Part shown: one piece after another, positions 29,562 to 38,932 of the stretch
Layout: each line of letters opens with the position of its first letter
Position numbering within the stretch: position 1 is the stretch's first letter
From: Nibricoccus sp.
GTDB lineage: Bacteria; Verrucomicrobiota; Verrucomicrobiia; Opitutales; Opitutaceae
Reading direction: 5' to 3'
Assembly: GCA_047602425.1 (NCBI GenBank)
Contig: JASGHG010000001.1
Span: 224,001 to 288,000, forward strand
DNA length: 64,000 nucleotides
Notes under the pieces: model-generated
Database searches by the model: none
What the model was told of the DNA's origin: nothing
The model's input: only the letters and a program-made list of their open reading frames with translations
Position numbers and translations under genes: made by a program

Positions 29562-30260
29562 ATGAAAATTCGCCTCCGGCAGTTACTCCTTTTTGGGACG
29601 TTCCTGCCCATTTGGGCTTGGGCCGACAAATACCAACCGCCCAAACCCATCGTCACGCCCAAAGAACTCGCTGCAGCCGCGGCCGAGGTGCCAGTTAAGC
29701 GTTTGGATCTTACGCTGCCAGAAGTGAAAGACCCGATGGATTCCGATGCTCTGTCCGATTTCTTCTTCAATCGTCCCGAATTGCAGAAATTTCATGGGAT
29801 GATCACTGAAAACTGGCGTGGGAAATGGGATATACTAAGCGGAGCATTGGTAGCTACGGCAAAAAAACAGAAGCTCGAAAGCGCTGGTTTGGCTCGCTGT
29901 TTAGCCAAACTAAATTACGGGCAGAATGCACAGACTCGGTTGCGTGCTTTCTACGTACCGCCAGTTTCTGCGATCGACAAATCTCAGAAAGAAATCGATG
30001 ACGAAAGAATCGCGGGTGAAAAACAGGCGACGATTGAAGAGGAAGAACTAAAAAGAAACCCTCGCTACGATGAAACGCTGGCTTCGGTTCCAATCGCGGC
30101 ATACCTAGCCAAATACCCAAAAGGAGAGTGTTGGATTATTGTTTGTGCTTGGGAGTATGCTCCTACTGCACCCCAAACCCAACAATGTATGGGTCACATC
30201 CGAGTATGGGCCATGGATGCCAAAACCGCCGAAGTGATTGCTTACGAGAGCTGCGGCTAA
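29562..30260 (+). CDS. Hypothetical exported protein
   Basis: Signal peptide ending AWA; 232 aa; visibly AT-richer than its neighbours. Confidence 0.7.
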   Translation: MKIRLRQLLLFGTFLPIWAWADKYQPPKPIVTPKELAAAAAEVPVKRLDLTLPEVKDPMDSDALSDFFFNRPELQKFHGMITENWRGKWDILSGALVATAKKQKLESAGLARCLAKLNYGQNAQTRLRAFYVPPVSAIDKSQKEIDDERIAGEKQATIEEEELKRNPRYDETLASVPIAAYLAKYPKGECWIIVCAWEYAPTAPQTQQCMGHIRVWAMDAKTAEVIAYESCG

Positions 30261-30277
30261 GCGGTCTGTACAAGCGC

Positions 30278-30305
30278 TTGACGTTATAACATTCGTAGCT
30301 ACGTT
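30278..30305 (+). promoter_or_regulatory. Candidate sigma70 promoter with palindromic autoregulatory operators of the TA operon
   Basis: TTGACG (30278-83), 16 bp, TACGTT (30300-05); palindromes GTTATAAC (30283-90) and CGTAGCTACG (30294-30303). Confidence 0.5.
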
Positions 30306-30311
30306 TGTAGC

Positions 30312-30542
30312 ATGCACCTCGAACTCAAGCTCCGGAAAATCGGCAACTCGGTCGGCGTTGTCCTCCCCAAAGCGGCACTCGCCAAACTTGAATCCGCCGA
30401 AGGTGATACGTTGATTCTGAGCGAGGCGCCGGGAGGAGGTTATCGCGTTACACCCAACAAAAACGCTTTTGCCGAACAGATGGCCGTGGCCGCCGACGTC
30501 GCCCGCCGATACCGCAACACCCTGCGCGAACTGGCCAAATGA
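30312..30542 (+). CDS. AbrB/MazE-type antitoxin
   Basis: LKLRKIGNSVGVVLPK; C-terminal RRYRNTLRELAK; ATGA overlap with toxin. Confidence 0.9.
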   Translation: MHLELKLRKIGNSVGVVLPKAALAKLESAEGDTLILSEAPGGGYRVTPNKNAFAEQMAVAADVARRYRNTLRELAK

Positions 30543-30934
30543 AAACTCCTGTCTGGGTGCGACGCGATGTCGTGCTCGCCGTCCAAGAAATGCTCCTCGC
30601 CGAGCATGGCGGAGCCGCCGGTATTCGAGACGAGGGCATGTTCGATTCTGCGCTCGGTCGCCCTGAAAATCTTTTCGCGTACGGAAAACCCACCGTGTTT
30701 GAACTGGCCGCCACCTACGCCTTTGGTTTGGCAAAAAACCATCCATTCATCGATGGCAACAAGCGCATCGCTTTCGCCACTGCGATCATGTTTCTTGAAC
30801 TTAACGGCTATCGTTTCACAGCCACGGAAGTTGACGCTGTTTTGAAAACACTCGCGCTCGCCGCCAGCGAACTAAGCGAGTCAGAGTATGCCAATTGGAT
30901 CAAAGCGAATTCCAAACGCGCACGCCGCAAGTAA
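30539..30934 (+). CDS. doc: Death-on-curing (Fic/Doc) toxin
   Basis: GG..GIRD.G...SAL.RP, NHPFIDGNKR, FL.LNG. Confidence 0.92.
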   Translation: MKTPVWVRRDVVLAVQEMLLAEHGGAAGIRDEGMFDSALGRPENLFAYGKPTVFELAATYAFGLAKNHPFIDGNKRIAFATAIMFLELNGYRFTATEVDAVLKTLALAASELSESEYANWIKANSKRARRK

Positions 30935-30951
30935 TCCCGAGAGAGAGCTTC

Positions 30952-30991
30952 CCTTCCGCCTTTCTGCCCTTCAGCCTTTCAGCCCTTTTCT
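30952..30991 (+). repeat. Degenerate octamer tandem repeat (C[C/T]TTCAGC-like) x5
   Basis: CCTTCCGC CTTTCTGC CCTTCAGC CTTTCAGC CCTTTTCT just upstream of purD. Confidence 0.55.
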
Positions 30992-30997
30992 CCCGCA

Positions 30998-32281
30998 ATG
31001 TCTCTTCCTCGCAATATCCTCATCGTCGGCTCCGGCGGACGCGAACACGCCCTCGTTAAAGCCTGCCTCGCTTCGGCAGCGAAGCCCCGCATCGTCGTCG
31101 CACCGGGCAACGCCGGCATCGCGCAAGATGCCACCTGCGTTCCTGTCGCAGCCGATGACGTCGCAGACCTCGTCGCGCTCGCGCAGCGCGAAAAGGTCGA
31201 CTTCGTCATTGTCGGACCCGAGGTGCCGCTCTCGCTCGGCCTTGTCGACGCGCTGCAGCAGGCCAACATCCCCGCCTACGGTCCGAAAGCCGATGGCGCA
31301 CGGTTAGAGGCTTCGAAAATTTTCACCAAGCAAATCCTCCTCAAATACAAGATCCCGACCGCCGCCGCCGGGTTTTTTAGCGAAGTTCCACCCGCCCTCG
31401 CCTACCTCCGCACGCGTCCGATTCCGATCGTGATCAAAGCCGATGGCCTCGCCGCCGGCAAAGGCGTGATCGTCGCGCAAACCCTCGCCGAGGCCGAAGC
31501 TGGGGTTCGCGCGATGCTCGAAGACAAAAAATTTGGCGCCAGCGGCAATCAAATCCTCATCGAGGACTGCCTCTTTGGCGAAGAAACCTCCATCCTCGTC
31601 GTCACTTCCGGACGCGATTACGTGATCCTGCCCGTTTCGCAGGATCACAAACGTATTGGCGACGGCGATACCGGCCCCAATACCGGCGGCATGGGAACCT
31701 ACTCTCCCGCCGAAATCGTCACTCCGTCGATGCTGGCCCGCATCGACAAGGAGATCGTCCGTCCTTCGGTCAATGCCATCGCCGACGAAGGCATCGATTT
31801 CCGCGGTACGCTTTTCATCGGCATCATGCTCACGCCGACCGGCCCGAGCGTTTTGGAGTATAACACCCGGTTCGGCGATCCAGAAACCCAGGTCGTGCTT
31901 CCGCGCGTCGAAAACGACTTTCTTGAACTCCTCTGGAACGCTGCCCGCGGCAAACTCGCCGGCACCAAGCTCAGGATCAAGCCCGACGCCGCCCTTTGCG
32001 TCGTCATCGCCGCGAAGGGTTACCCCGACAGTTTTCCGAAAGGCGACCCAATCACCTTTCCAACCACACTCCCATCGCAAACCGCCGTTCTCCACGCAGG
32101 AACCAAGCTCGACGCCCAAAACCGCATCGTCACCAACGGCGGCCGCGTCCTCGGCGTGACTGCCCTCGCACCCACGCTGGCCGAAGCCGCCCAGCGCGCC
32201 TATGCCGCTTGCGAATCCATCCAGTGCGCGAGCAAATACTATCGCCGCGACATCGGCGCCAAACAACTCAACCGCAAATGA
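30998..32281 (+). CDS. purD: Phosphoribosylamine--glycine ligase
   Basis: VGSGGREHAL, APGNAG, VGPEVPL, LEASKIF, KADGLAAGKGV, QDHKR..DGDTGPNTGGMG, EYNTRFGDPETQ, TNGGRVL. Confidence 0.97.
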   Translation: MSLPRNILIVGSGGREHALVKACLASAAKPRIVVAPGNAGIAQDATCVPVAADDVADLVALAQREKVDFVIVGPEVPLSLGLVDALQQANIPAYGPKADGARLEASKIFTKQILLKYKIPTAAAGFFSEVPPALAYLRTRPIPIVIKADGLAAGKGVIVAQTLAEAEAGVRAMLEDKKFGASGNQILIEDCLFGEETSILVVTSGRDYVILPVSQDHKRIGDGDTGPNTGGMGTYSPAEIVTPSMLARIDKEIVRPSVNAIADEGIDFRGTLFIGIMLTPTGPSVLEYNTRFGDPETQVVLPRVENDFLELLWNAARGKLAGTKLRIKPDAALCVVIAAKGYPDSFPKGDPITFPTTLPSQTAVLHAGTKLDAQNRIVTNGGRVLGVTALAPTLAEAAQRAYAACESIQCASKYYRRDIGAKQLNRK

Positions 32282-32982
32282 AGCGTTCCGCCTCTTTCGT
32301 CTTCCTCGTTCTCGCGCTGGCTTTTCCCTTCTGTTCCGGCCTCCGCGCCGCGATCGAAAAGGACCTCGGTCAGGCCTTGCTTTTTCTTCGCGTCACTGAC
32401 GCCAGTGCGGACCAATCGCTCCTGATCGACACTATCGAGCGCCGCGCGGCGTTGGTGCTCGATCTCCGCGGTCTCAATGGCGACGCCGCTTTCGTCAGAG
32501 CCTTGCACTCGGCGCTCGCAAAGCCGCCGCTTCCGCACGCGGTTCGCATGGTTTTGATCAACGCTGCCACCGCTCCCGCGATTGTCGCCACACTTGAAGA
32601 TGACGCCTTGTTGTCCGTCATCACTCTCGGGCCTCGTTCTGCCAAGGTCATCGCAGACATTCAAATCACCATCACCGCGGAAGAAGAACGCCGCGCGCTG
32701 GAGGCGCTTTCCAATGACACCCCTCTTGAAAAACTGATCAACTATAGCCGCGAAAAACGCCGCTACGACGAAGCCAAGCTCGTGCACGACCACGTCAATG
32801 GTATCGCACCCTCCGATGATGAACTTCCCCTCGACGCCGAAGACGACACCGTAGCGCCCGACTCGCCGACCAAGAAAAAATCGGGCGATACCGCCAAGAA
32901 AGCGGACCAGCCACCGCATGATCTTGTGCTCGAACGTGCCGTGCAGCTTCACCGTTCCCTGCTTGCGCTGAAAAAATTGTGA
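32278..32982 (+). CDS. Exported protein resembling a degenerate S41 (C-terminal processing) peptidase domain
   Basis: Signal peptide; LVLDLRG, VLINAATA, ADIQI, DLVLERAVQL in S41 order. ATG 32278 overlaps the purD stop. Confidence 0.6.
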   Translation: MKRSASFVFLVLALAFPFCSGLRAAIEKDLGQALLFLRVTDASADQSLLIDTIERRAALVLDLRGLNGDAAFVRALHSALAKPPLPHAVRMVLINAATAPAIVATLEDDALLSVITLGPRSAKVIADIQITITAEEERRALEALSNDTPLEKLINYSREKRRYDEAKLVHDHVNGIAPSDDELPLDAEDDTVAPDSPTKKKSGDTAKKADQPPHDLVLERAVQLHRSLLALKKL

Positions 32983-33032
32983 GCGATATCGCGGTCTGCG
33001 GGAGCCCAGCTTCCGCCTTCGTGCACGACGAA

Positions 33033-34331
33033 TCAGGCCGCGTCTTCGTCAGAACTGACGGCCTTGGTATTTTTCCGAAGCGTCGGCCGGCGTTTGCCCG
33101 CCACGACTGATGCGTCGATTACGACTTCGTTGACATCCTCACGCTGCGGAAGCTCGTACATCACTTCGAGCATGAGCGTTTCCATGATCGAACGCAGCGC
33201 ACGGGCGCCCGTCTTGAGCTCGATTGCCTTCTGGGCGATAGCCTTGACGGCGTCGGGCGTGAAGCGGAGGCGTACACCGTCCATTGCGAACAGTTTCGAG
33301 TACTGTTTCACCATGGCGTTTTTCGTTTTCAGCAAAATCTTTTCGAGGTCGGCGATCTTGAGTTCGTCCAAAACCGAAACCACCGGCAAGCGGCCAATGA
33401 ATTCCGGGATCATGCCAAAACGAATCAGGTCCTCCGGCGCGAGTGCCTTCATCATTTCCTCGGGATGCAGCGTCGTCTCCTTCTGCGATTTGATCGCGGA
33501 GAAGCCGACACTGCGATGACCCATGCGACGTTGCACGATCTGGTCGAGACCGACAAAAGCGCCGCCGCAGATAAAAAGGATATTGCCCGTGTTGATCTGC
33601 ACGTACTCCTGATTCGGGTGCTTGCGGCCGCCTTGCGGGGGAACGTTGCAAACGGTGCCTTCGAGAATTTTCAGCAACGCTTGCTGCACGCCTTCGCCAG
33701 AAACATCGCGCGTGATCGAAACGTTTTCGGTTTTGCGCCCGATTTTATCGATTTCGTCGATGTAGATGATGCCGCACTCGGCTTTTTTCACGTCGTAGTT
33801 CGCTGCCTGCAAGAGGCGGAGCACAACGTTTTCCACGTCTTCGCCGACATAGCCGGCCTCAGTCAGCGTGGTGGCGTCGGAAATTGCGAAAGGTACGTCC
33901 AGGATGCGTGCGAGAGTCCGGGCGAGCAGCGTTTTTCCGGAACCAGTCGTGCCAACTAAAAGAATATTGCTCTTTTCGACCTCAACGTCGCTGAACTCAG
34001 GCGCCAGCGGTGTGGAATCCTTCGTCGTCTGCGCCGTGTCGAACATCAGGCGCTTGTAATGGTTATAGACCGCGACCGAGAGGACTTTTTTGGCGTGATC
34101 CTGACCGATGACAAAATCGTCGAGTGTTTTTTTGACCTCGGAAGGCTTGACCAAACGAACGCTCGGGCGCGCTTCGGCGGCCGGTTGCTTGATTTCACGG
34201 TCGATGATCGTCTTGCAGACGTTCACGCAGGAGTCGCAAATATAGACGCCTGGCCCGGCGATGATTTTTTTCACCTCGGCCTGCGATTTCCCGCAGAAGG
34301 AGCAGAGCGTCATGCGCGACGATTTGGCCAT
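33033..34331 (-). CDS. clpX: ATP-dependent Clp protease ATP-binding subunit
   Basis: CSFCGK..CDSC zinc finger, [38 protein letters not shown]. Confidence 0.97.
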   Translation of the reverse strand: MAKSSRMTLCSFCGKSQAEVKKIIAGPGVYICDSCVNVCKTIIDREIKQPAAEARPSVRLVKPSEVKKTLDDFVIGQDHAKKVLSVAVYNHYKRLMFDTAQTTKDSTPLAPEFSDVEVEKSNILLVGTTGSGKTLLARTLARILDVPFAISDATTLTEAGYVGEDVENVVLRLLQAANYDVKKAECGIIYIDEIDKIGRKTENVSITRDVSGEGVQQALLKILEGTVCNVPPQGGRKHPNQEYVQINTGNILFICGGAFVGLDQIVQRRMGHRSVGFSAIKSQKETTLHPEEMMKALAPEDLIRFGMIPEFIGRLPVVSVLDELKIADLEKILLKTKNAMVKQYSKLFAMDGVRLRFTPDAVKAIAQKAIELKTGARALRSIMETLMLEVMYELPQREDVNEVVIDASVVAGKRRPTLRKNTKAVSSDEDAA

Positions 34332-34402
34332 GGAAACAAGTGAGTTGGGAAACTGAGCGGAGTCGAGGAAGAGTTTGCGTTATTCCCCAGCTTATCGGCA
34401 CA

Positions 34403-34431
34403 AAAGCGTCCGACTTTGAATCGGACGCTTT
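34403..34431 (-). terminator. Hairpin between clpP and clpX, likely intrinsic terminator/attenuator
   Basis: AAAGCGTCCGA-CTTTGAA-TCGGACGCTTT, 11-bp stem; reads ...GCTTTTGTG on the minus strand. Confidence 0.55.
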
Positions 34432-34479
34432 GAGAAAGATCGTTGCAAACGCCCGCGAGTAAGCAGGCGATGCGCCAGA

Positions 34480-35100
34480 TCAGGCTGCCGGTTTGGTCGC
34501 AAGCGACTGCGCTGCGCGGGTTGACTCGACGACATGATCCACGATGCCGTAGTCTTTGGCTTCCTGCGCGGTCATGTAGTAGTCGCGGTCGGAATCTTTT
34601 TCGACCTGCTCGGCGGTTTTGCCGGTGTGCTTGGCAATGGTTTCGTTGAGCACCTTCCGCCAGCGGAGAATTTCGCGCGCGGCGATGGCAATGTCGGCGG
34701 CCTGGCCGCCAGCACCGCCCGAGGGTTGGTGAATCATCACACGGCTGTTGGGTAGCGCGAAACGTTTGCCCTTGGTGCCGGCGGAAAGAATCACCGTGGC
34801 CATGCTTGCGGCCATGCCGATGCAATACGTCACAACGTCGCATTGAAGGAAGTTGATCGTGTCGTAGATCGCCATGCCACCGGTAACAACGCCACCGGGC
34901 GAGTTGATGTAAAGGTGGATGTCCTTTTTGGGATCCTCCATCTGCAGGAACAGCAGCTGTGCGATGACGTTGTTGGTGACCACATCGTCGATCGGCGAGC
35001 CGATGAAGATAATGCGATCCTTGAGGAGACGGCTGTAGACGTCCCACTGACGTGATTCGCGGCCGGTGTTTTCCCAGACTGTCGGAAGATAATAGCTCAC
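34480..35100 (-). CDS. clpP: ATP-dependent Clp protease proteolytic subunit
   Basis: [40 protein letters not shown]. Confidence 0.97.
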   Translation of the reverse strand: MSYYLPTVWENTGRESRQWDVYSRLLKDRIIFIGSPIDDVVTNNVIAQLLFLQMEDPKKDIHLYINSPGGVVTGGMAIYDTINFLQCDVVTYCIGMAASMATVILSAGTKGKRFALPNSRVMIHQPSGGAGGQAADIAIAAREILRWRKVLNETIAKHTGKTAEQVEKDSDRDYYMTAQEAKDYGIVDHVVESTRAAQSLATKPAA

Positions 35101-35122
35101 AAAACCCTTTTGTTACTCGTGT

Positions 35123-36445
35123 TTAGGACTTCGGTTCGACTGTTTTAACCGTAGCCTTGGAGACGAGTAAATCAAGGGTCTTGTCGAAAATGATCGACTG
35201 TTGGATGGAGCGGAGACGTTCGCGGTCTTTCGAAAGATCCTTCACCAGCTTGTCGGGGCGGGCGTTGTTCATCATCGCCTCGCGGTAAATGTAAGCGTCG
35301 ATGTCCTGTTCGGTGACGCTGACTTTTTCCTGTTCGGCAATCTTGGCGAGGATGAGCTGCGTTTTGACGCGACCGACGGCAGCGGCTTTGGCGCTTTCAA
35401 AGAGTTGTTTCTTGTCCTTCTCGAACTGCTCCTGCGGAACGCCGCGGCGCATGTTTTCCTCGATGAAACTGCGGAGGACGTTCTGTGTTTCGCCTTCGAC
35501 CATGCTGTCCGGAACGGCGAAGTTGACCTTGGCCGAAAGCGTTTCGGCGATCTGGCGGCGCTGCGCCTGACGATTGCCGTGTTCCTTGCGGGCTTTGAGA
35601 TTCGTGGCCACCTTGGCCTTCAGCGCGTCGATATTTTCGACCTGCTGGGCTTTGAAAAATTCAGCGTCCATCGGCGGAAGAACGCGCTCGCGGATTTCCT
35701 GAACTTCGACGGCATAAACCGCGTTCTTGCCCGCAAGAGCGGGAACGGCGGCGAAATCGGCCGGGAAGGAAACCGTGACGTCTTTCTTGTCGCCCTTCGC
35801 GAGCCCGGCGAGTTGTTTGCCGAGACCGGGGATGAGGCCTTCCTGCTCACCTTCGACTTCTTCCCAAGTTTGCGGGACTTTGCTGTAGATCTGTTTGTCG
35901 GGGGCGATTTCGAGAATCGATTTGCCGTCGACGGTGCCTTCGTAGGCGAGCTTGACGTAGTCGCCCTTGGCGGCGGGGCGCTCGGCGACCTTGAAATCGG
36001 CGCGCTCGGCTCGCATTCCCTCTACCACTTGGTTGATCTCCGCTTCGCTCGCGTCGACCGGAAGAATTTCCGTGGCCAGACCGGTGTACTCGGGCAGTGT
36101 GAAAGTCGGTCGGACATCGAGTGTGAACGAAATCGATGCGGCCTTGGAGGCGTCGATTTCGCCCGGCTCCACGTTGGTGAGGGAAAGGACATCGAGCTTC
36201 GTCTGCTCAAGACCGCTGCGATAGGCTTTGCTGACGACCTTCTGCTTGAACTCTTCGGCGATCTCCTTGCCGTAATGCTTCTGAATCAGGGCGGCGGGCG
36301 CTTTGCCGGGGCGGAAGCCAGGCAGGCGGGCCATCTTGGCGAATTCGGCCACAGTGGCCTGATGCTCGGCGGCGACCTCGGTTTGATCGAGGGAGACCAC
36401 AAGGTTCTTGCGCGTTTCGGAGACGTCTTTGATTTCGGTGTTCAC
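35123..36445 (-). CDS. tig: Trigger factor
   Basis: LPGFRPGKAP ribosome-binding signature, FKBP-like middle domain; tig-clpP-clpX order. Confidence 0.95.
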   Translation of the reverse strand: MNTEIKDVSETRKNLVVSLDQTEVAAEHQATVAEFAKMARLPGFRPGKAPAALIQKHYGKEIAEEFKQKVVSKAYRSGLEQTKLDVLSLTNVEPGEIDASKAASISFTLDVRPTFTLPEYTGLATEILPVDASEAEINQVVEGMRAERADFKVAERPAAKGDYVKLAYEGTVDGKSILEIAPDKQIYSKVPQTWEEVEGEQEGLIPGLGKQLAGLAKGDKKDVTVSFPADFAAVPALAGKNAVYAVEVQEIRERVLPPMDAEFFKAQQVENIDALKAKVATNLKARKEHGNRQAQRRQIAETLSAKVNFAVPDSMVEGETQNVLRSFIEENMRRGVPQEQFEKDKKQLFESAKAAAVGRVKTQLILAKIAEQEKVSVTEQDIDAYIYREAMMNNARPDKLVKDLSKDRERLRSIQQSIIFDKTLDLLVSKATVKTVEPKS

Positions 36446-36612
36446 GTTGAAAAAATGGCGGGCGGGTTTTGCTTGTATGAACCGATCAACTTACGGAACG
36501 CCTCTGCTCGCGGTCAATGCCGGATTCACGACTAAAAAACATGCCAACCGTTCCGTTTGATTGATCGGATGTGTTTTTTTGCCAAACTTCGCTGCAACCC
36601 CAACTTACCATT

Positions 36613-38868
36613 ATGCGTTTTCGTCGTCTGCTCTCCTCCTGTGTCGCCTTGTTTTTCGCCTCCGCCATTTTCGCCGCCCAACCTATGACCGACGCCGAAA
36701 TCGAGACTGCCGTCGAAAAGCTGCTCTCGCAAATGACACTCGCCGAGAAAATCGGCCAGATGAGCCAGCGCCATTACAACACCAAGTCGGCCAACAATCC
36801 CGTCGACTCCGCGGCCGCCGTGCGCACCGGGCAGGTTGGCTCGTTCCTGAACCCCGATTCGGTTGAAACCGTTAACAAGCTCCAAAAAATCGCGGTCGAA
36901 GAAAGCCGGCTGAAAATTCCGCTCATCTTCGGCATCGATGTCATCCATGGCTACCGGACGCTCTTCCCCATTCCAGTGGCTCAATCGTGCAGCTGGAATC
37001 CTGAATTGATCGAAGCCGCCGGTCGCGTCGCCGCCGTCGAGGCCTCCTCCGCCGGCATTCGGTGGACCTTCGCACCAATGGTGGACGTCACCCGCGACGC
37101 TCGCTGGGGACGCATCGCCGAAACTCTCGGCGAAGATCCCTATCTTTCCGGCCGCCTCGGCGCCGCGATGGTCCGCGGCTTCCAGGGCAAAAAACTTTCC
37201 GCACCCGACAGCATCGCCGCCTGCGCCAAGCATTATGTCGGCTATGGCGCCGCCGAAGGTGGACGCGACTACAACACCACGCTCATTCCCGAAGCCGAAC
37301 TACGCAATATCTACCTTCCCTCGTTCCGCGCCGCCAAGGAGGCCGGCGTGCAAACGTTCATGAGCGCCTTCAACGATATCAACGGCGTTCCCGCCTCCGG
37401 CAACGTCTTCACGCTTCGTCAAGTCCTCCAAAAGGAATGGGGCTTCGACGGTTTCGTCGTCAGCGATTGGGAATCCGTGAAGGAAATGATCGCCCACGGA
37501 GCCGCCGCCGACCTGCGCGACGCCGCTCGCCTCGGCATCAATGCCGGCGTCGACATGGAAATGGTTTCCACGTCCTACCGCGACCACGGTGAATCGCTCC
37601 TGCGCGAAGGCTCCATCTCGCCCGCCATGCTCGACGATTCCGTGCGTCGCATCCTCCGCGTGAAATTCCGTCTCGGGCTTTTCGACAACCCTTACACAGA
37701 TACAACCCGGCCCACCCCGCTCCTTTCCGACGAAAATCTCCGCGTGGCCCGCGCTCTCGCGACCGAGAGCATGGTCCTTCTCAAGAACGAAAAACAGCTC
37801 CTGCCCCTTTCGCCCGACAAAACCGACACCGTCGCCGTCATCGGCCCGCTGGCCGACAGCGGGGTCGACATGCGCGGGTGCTGGTCCTGCCGGGGCGAGG
37901 CCAGCGAATGCCGCACCGTGTATTCAGTTTTCAAGGACTACGTCGGCCCGAAGGGCAAGGTCCTCTACGCCCCCGGACTCGAACACGCCTCCAGCACCAA
38001 AACTTCCGGTATTTCCCATGCGGTCAAGACCGCGAAGAAAGCCGATGTCGTCGTCCTCTGCGTGGGCGAACCGCACGAACTTTCGGGCGAGGCCCGCTGC
38101 CGCGCTTTCCTCGATTTGCCCGGTGCGCAAAATGAATTGATCTCGGCCATTGCCGACACCGGCAAGCCCATTGTCCTCGTCGTCTTCGGCGGACGTCCCC
38201 TCACCTTTCCGAAGGCCGCCGCGCAAGCGCAGGCCATTCTTTTTGCGTGGCACCCGGGCACAATGGCCGGCCCCGCCATCTGCGACTTGCTCTACGGCCG
38301 CTCGAATCCTTCCGGCAAACTCACCACCACCTTCCCGCGATACGTTGGCCAGATCCCGCTGTATTATAATCACCGCAACACCGGCCGCCCCGTGCCCCAA
38401 GATCCGAAAGCCGCGCAAACTCCGCTCGGCACCGCCGAAGATCCGAAGGGATACTATTCCCAGTATCTAGATCTGCCCCAAGCCCCCGCCTATCCCTTCG
38501 GCTATGGACTTTCCTATACCACCTTCGCGTATTCCGACCTGAAGGTCGAAGGTCCGGACGCCAGCGGCATCATTGCCGCAACCGTCACTATCGCTAATAC
38601 CGGCAACCGCGATGGAATTGAAATCGTTCAGCTTTACACGCGTCAACTCGTTGGCTCGCTCACCCGCCCTGTGAAGGAATTGAAAAATTTCCAACGCGTC
38701 GAACTGAAGGCGGGCGAAAAACGCACTGTCCGTTTCGAATTGCCGAAACAATCCCTAGGTTACTATAACAACGCCGGCCGATTCCTTCTCGAACCCGGCA
38801 AATTCCTGCTCTGGATCGCCCCCAATTCCGCCGAAGGAAAACCGGTGGAGTTCGTGCTGGGACAGTAA
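36613..38868 (+). CDS. GH3 periplasmic beta-glucosidase (BglX-like)
   Basis: Signal peptide; MTLAEKIGQ, DVIHG, RDARWGR, CAKHY, VVSDW nucleophile, SGEA, PFGYGLSY, C-terminal Fn3-like domain. Confidence 0.93.
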   Translation: MRFRRLLSSCVALFFASAIFAAQPMTDAEIETAVEKLLSQMTLAEKIGQMSQRHYNTKSANNPVDSAAAVRTGQVGSFLNPDSVETVNKLQKIAVEESRLKIPLIFGIDVIHGYRTLFPIPVAQSCSWNPELIEAAGRVAAVEASSAGIRWTFAPMVDVTRDARWGRIAETLGEDPYLSGRLGAAMVRGFQGKKLSAPDSIAACAKHYVGYGAAEGGRDYNTTLIPEAELRNIYLPSFRAAKEAGVQTFMSAFNDINGVPASGNVFTLRQVLQKEWGFDGFVVSDWESVKEMIAHGAAADLRDAARLGINAGVDMEMVSTSYRDHGESLLREGSISPAMLDDSVRRILRVKFRLGLFDNPYTDTTRPTPLLSDENLRVARALATESMVLLKNEKQLLPLSPDKTDTVAVIGPLADSGVDMRGCWSCRGEASECRTVYSVFKDYVGPKGKVLYAPGLEHASSTKTSGISHAVKTAKKADVVVLCVGEPHELSGEARCRAFLDLPGAQNELISAIADTGKPIVLVVFGGRPLTFPKAAAQAQAILFAWHPGTMAGPAICDLLYGRSNPSGKLTTTFPRYVGQIPLYYNHRNTGRPVPQDPKAAQTPLGTAEDPKGYYSQYLDLPQAPAYPFGYGLSYTTFAYSDLKVEGPDASGIIAATVTIANTGNRDGIEIVQLYTRQLVGSLTRPVKELKNFQRVELKAGEKRTVRFELPKQSLGYYNNAGRFLLEPGKFLLWIAPNSAEGKPVEFVLGQ

Positions 38869-38932
38869 AACCTTCGTCCGCGCAACAGATTTCAACCGTC
38901 TCTGCAGCAATATCGGGCTGCACGTGGGCATT

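Noticed and set aside
35201..36535. 444-aa plus-strand ORF
   Set aside because: Antisense shadow of tig.
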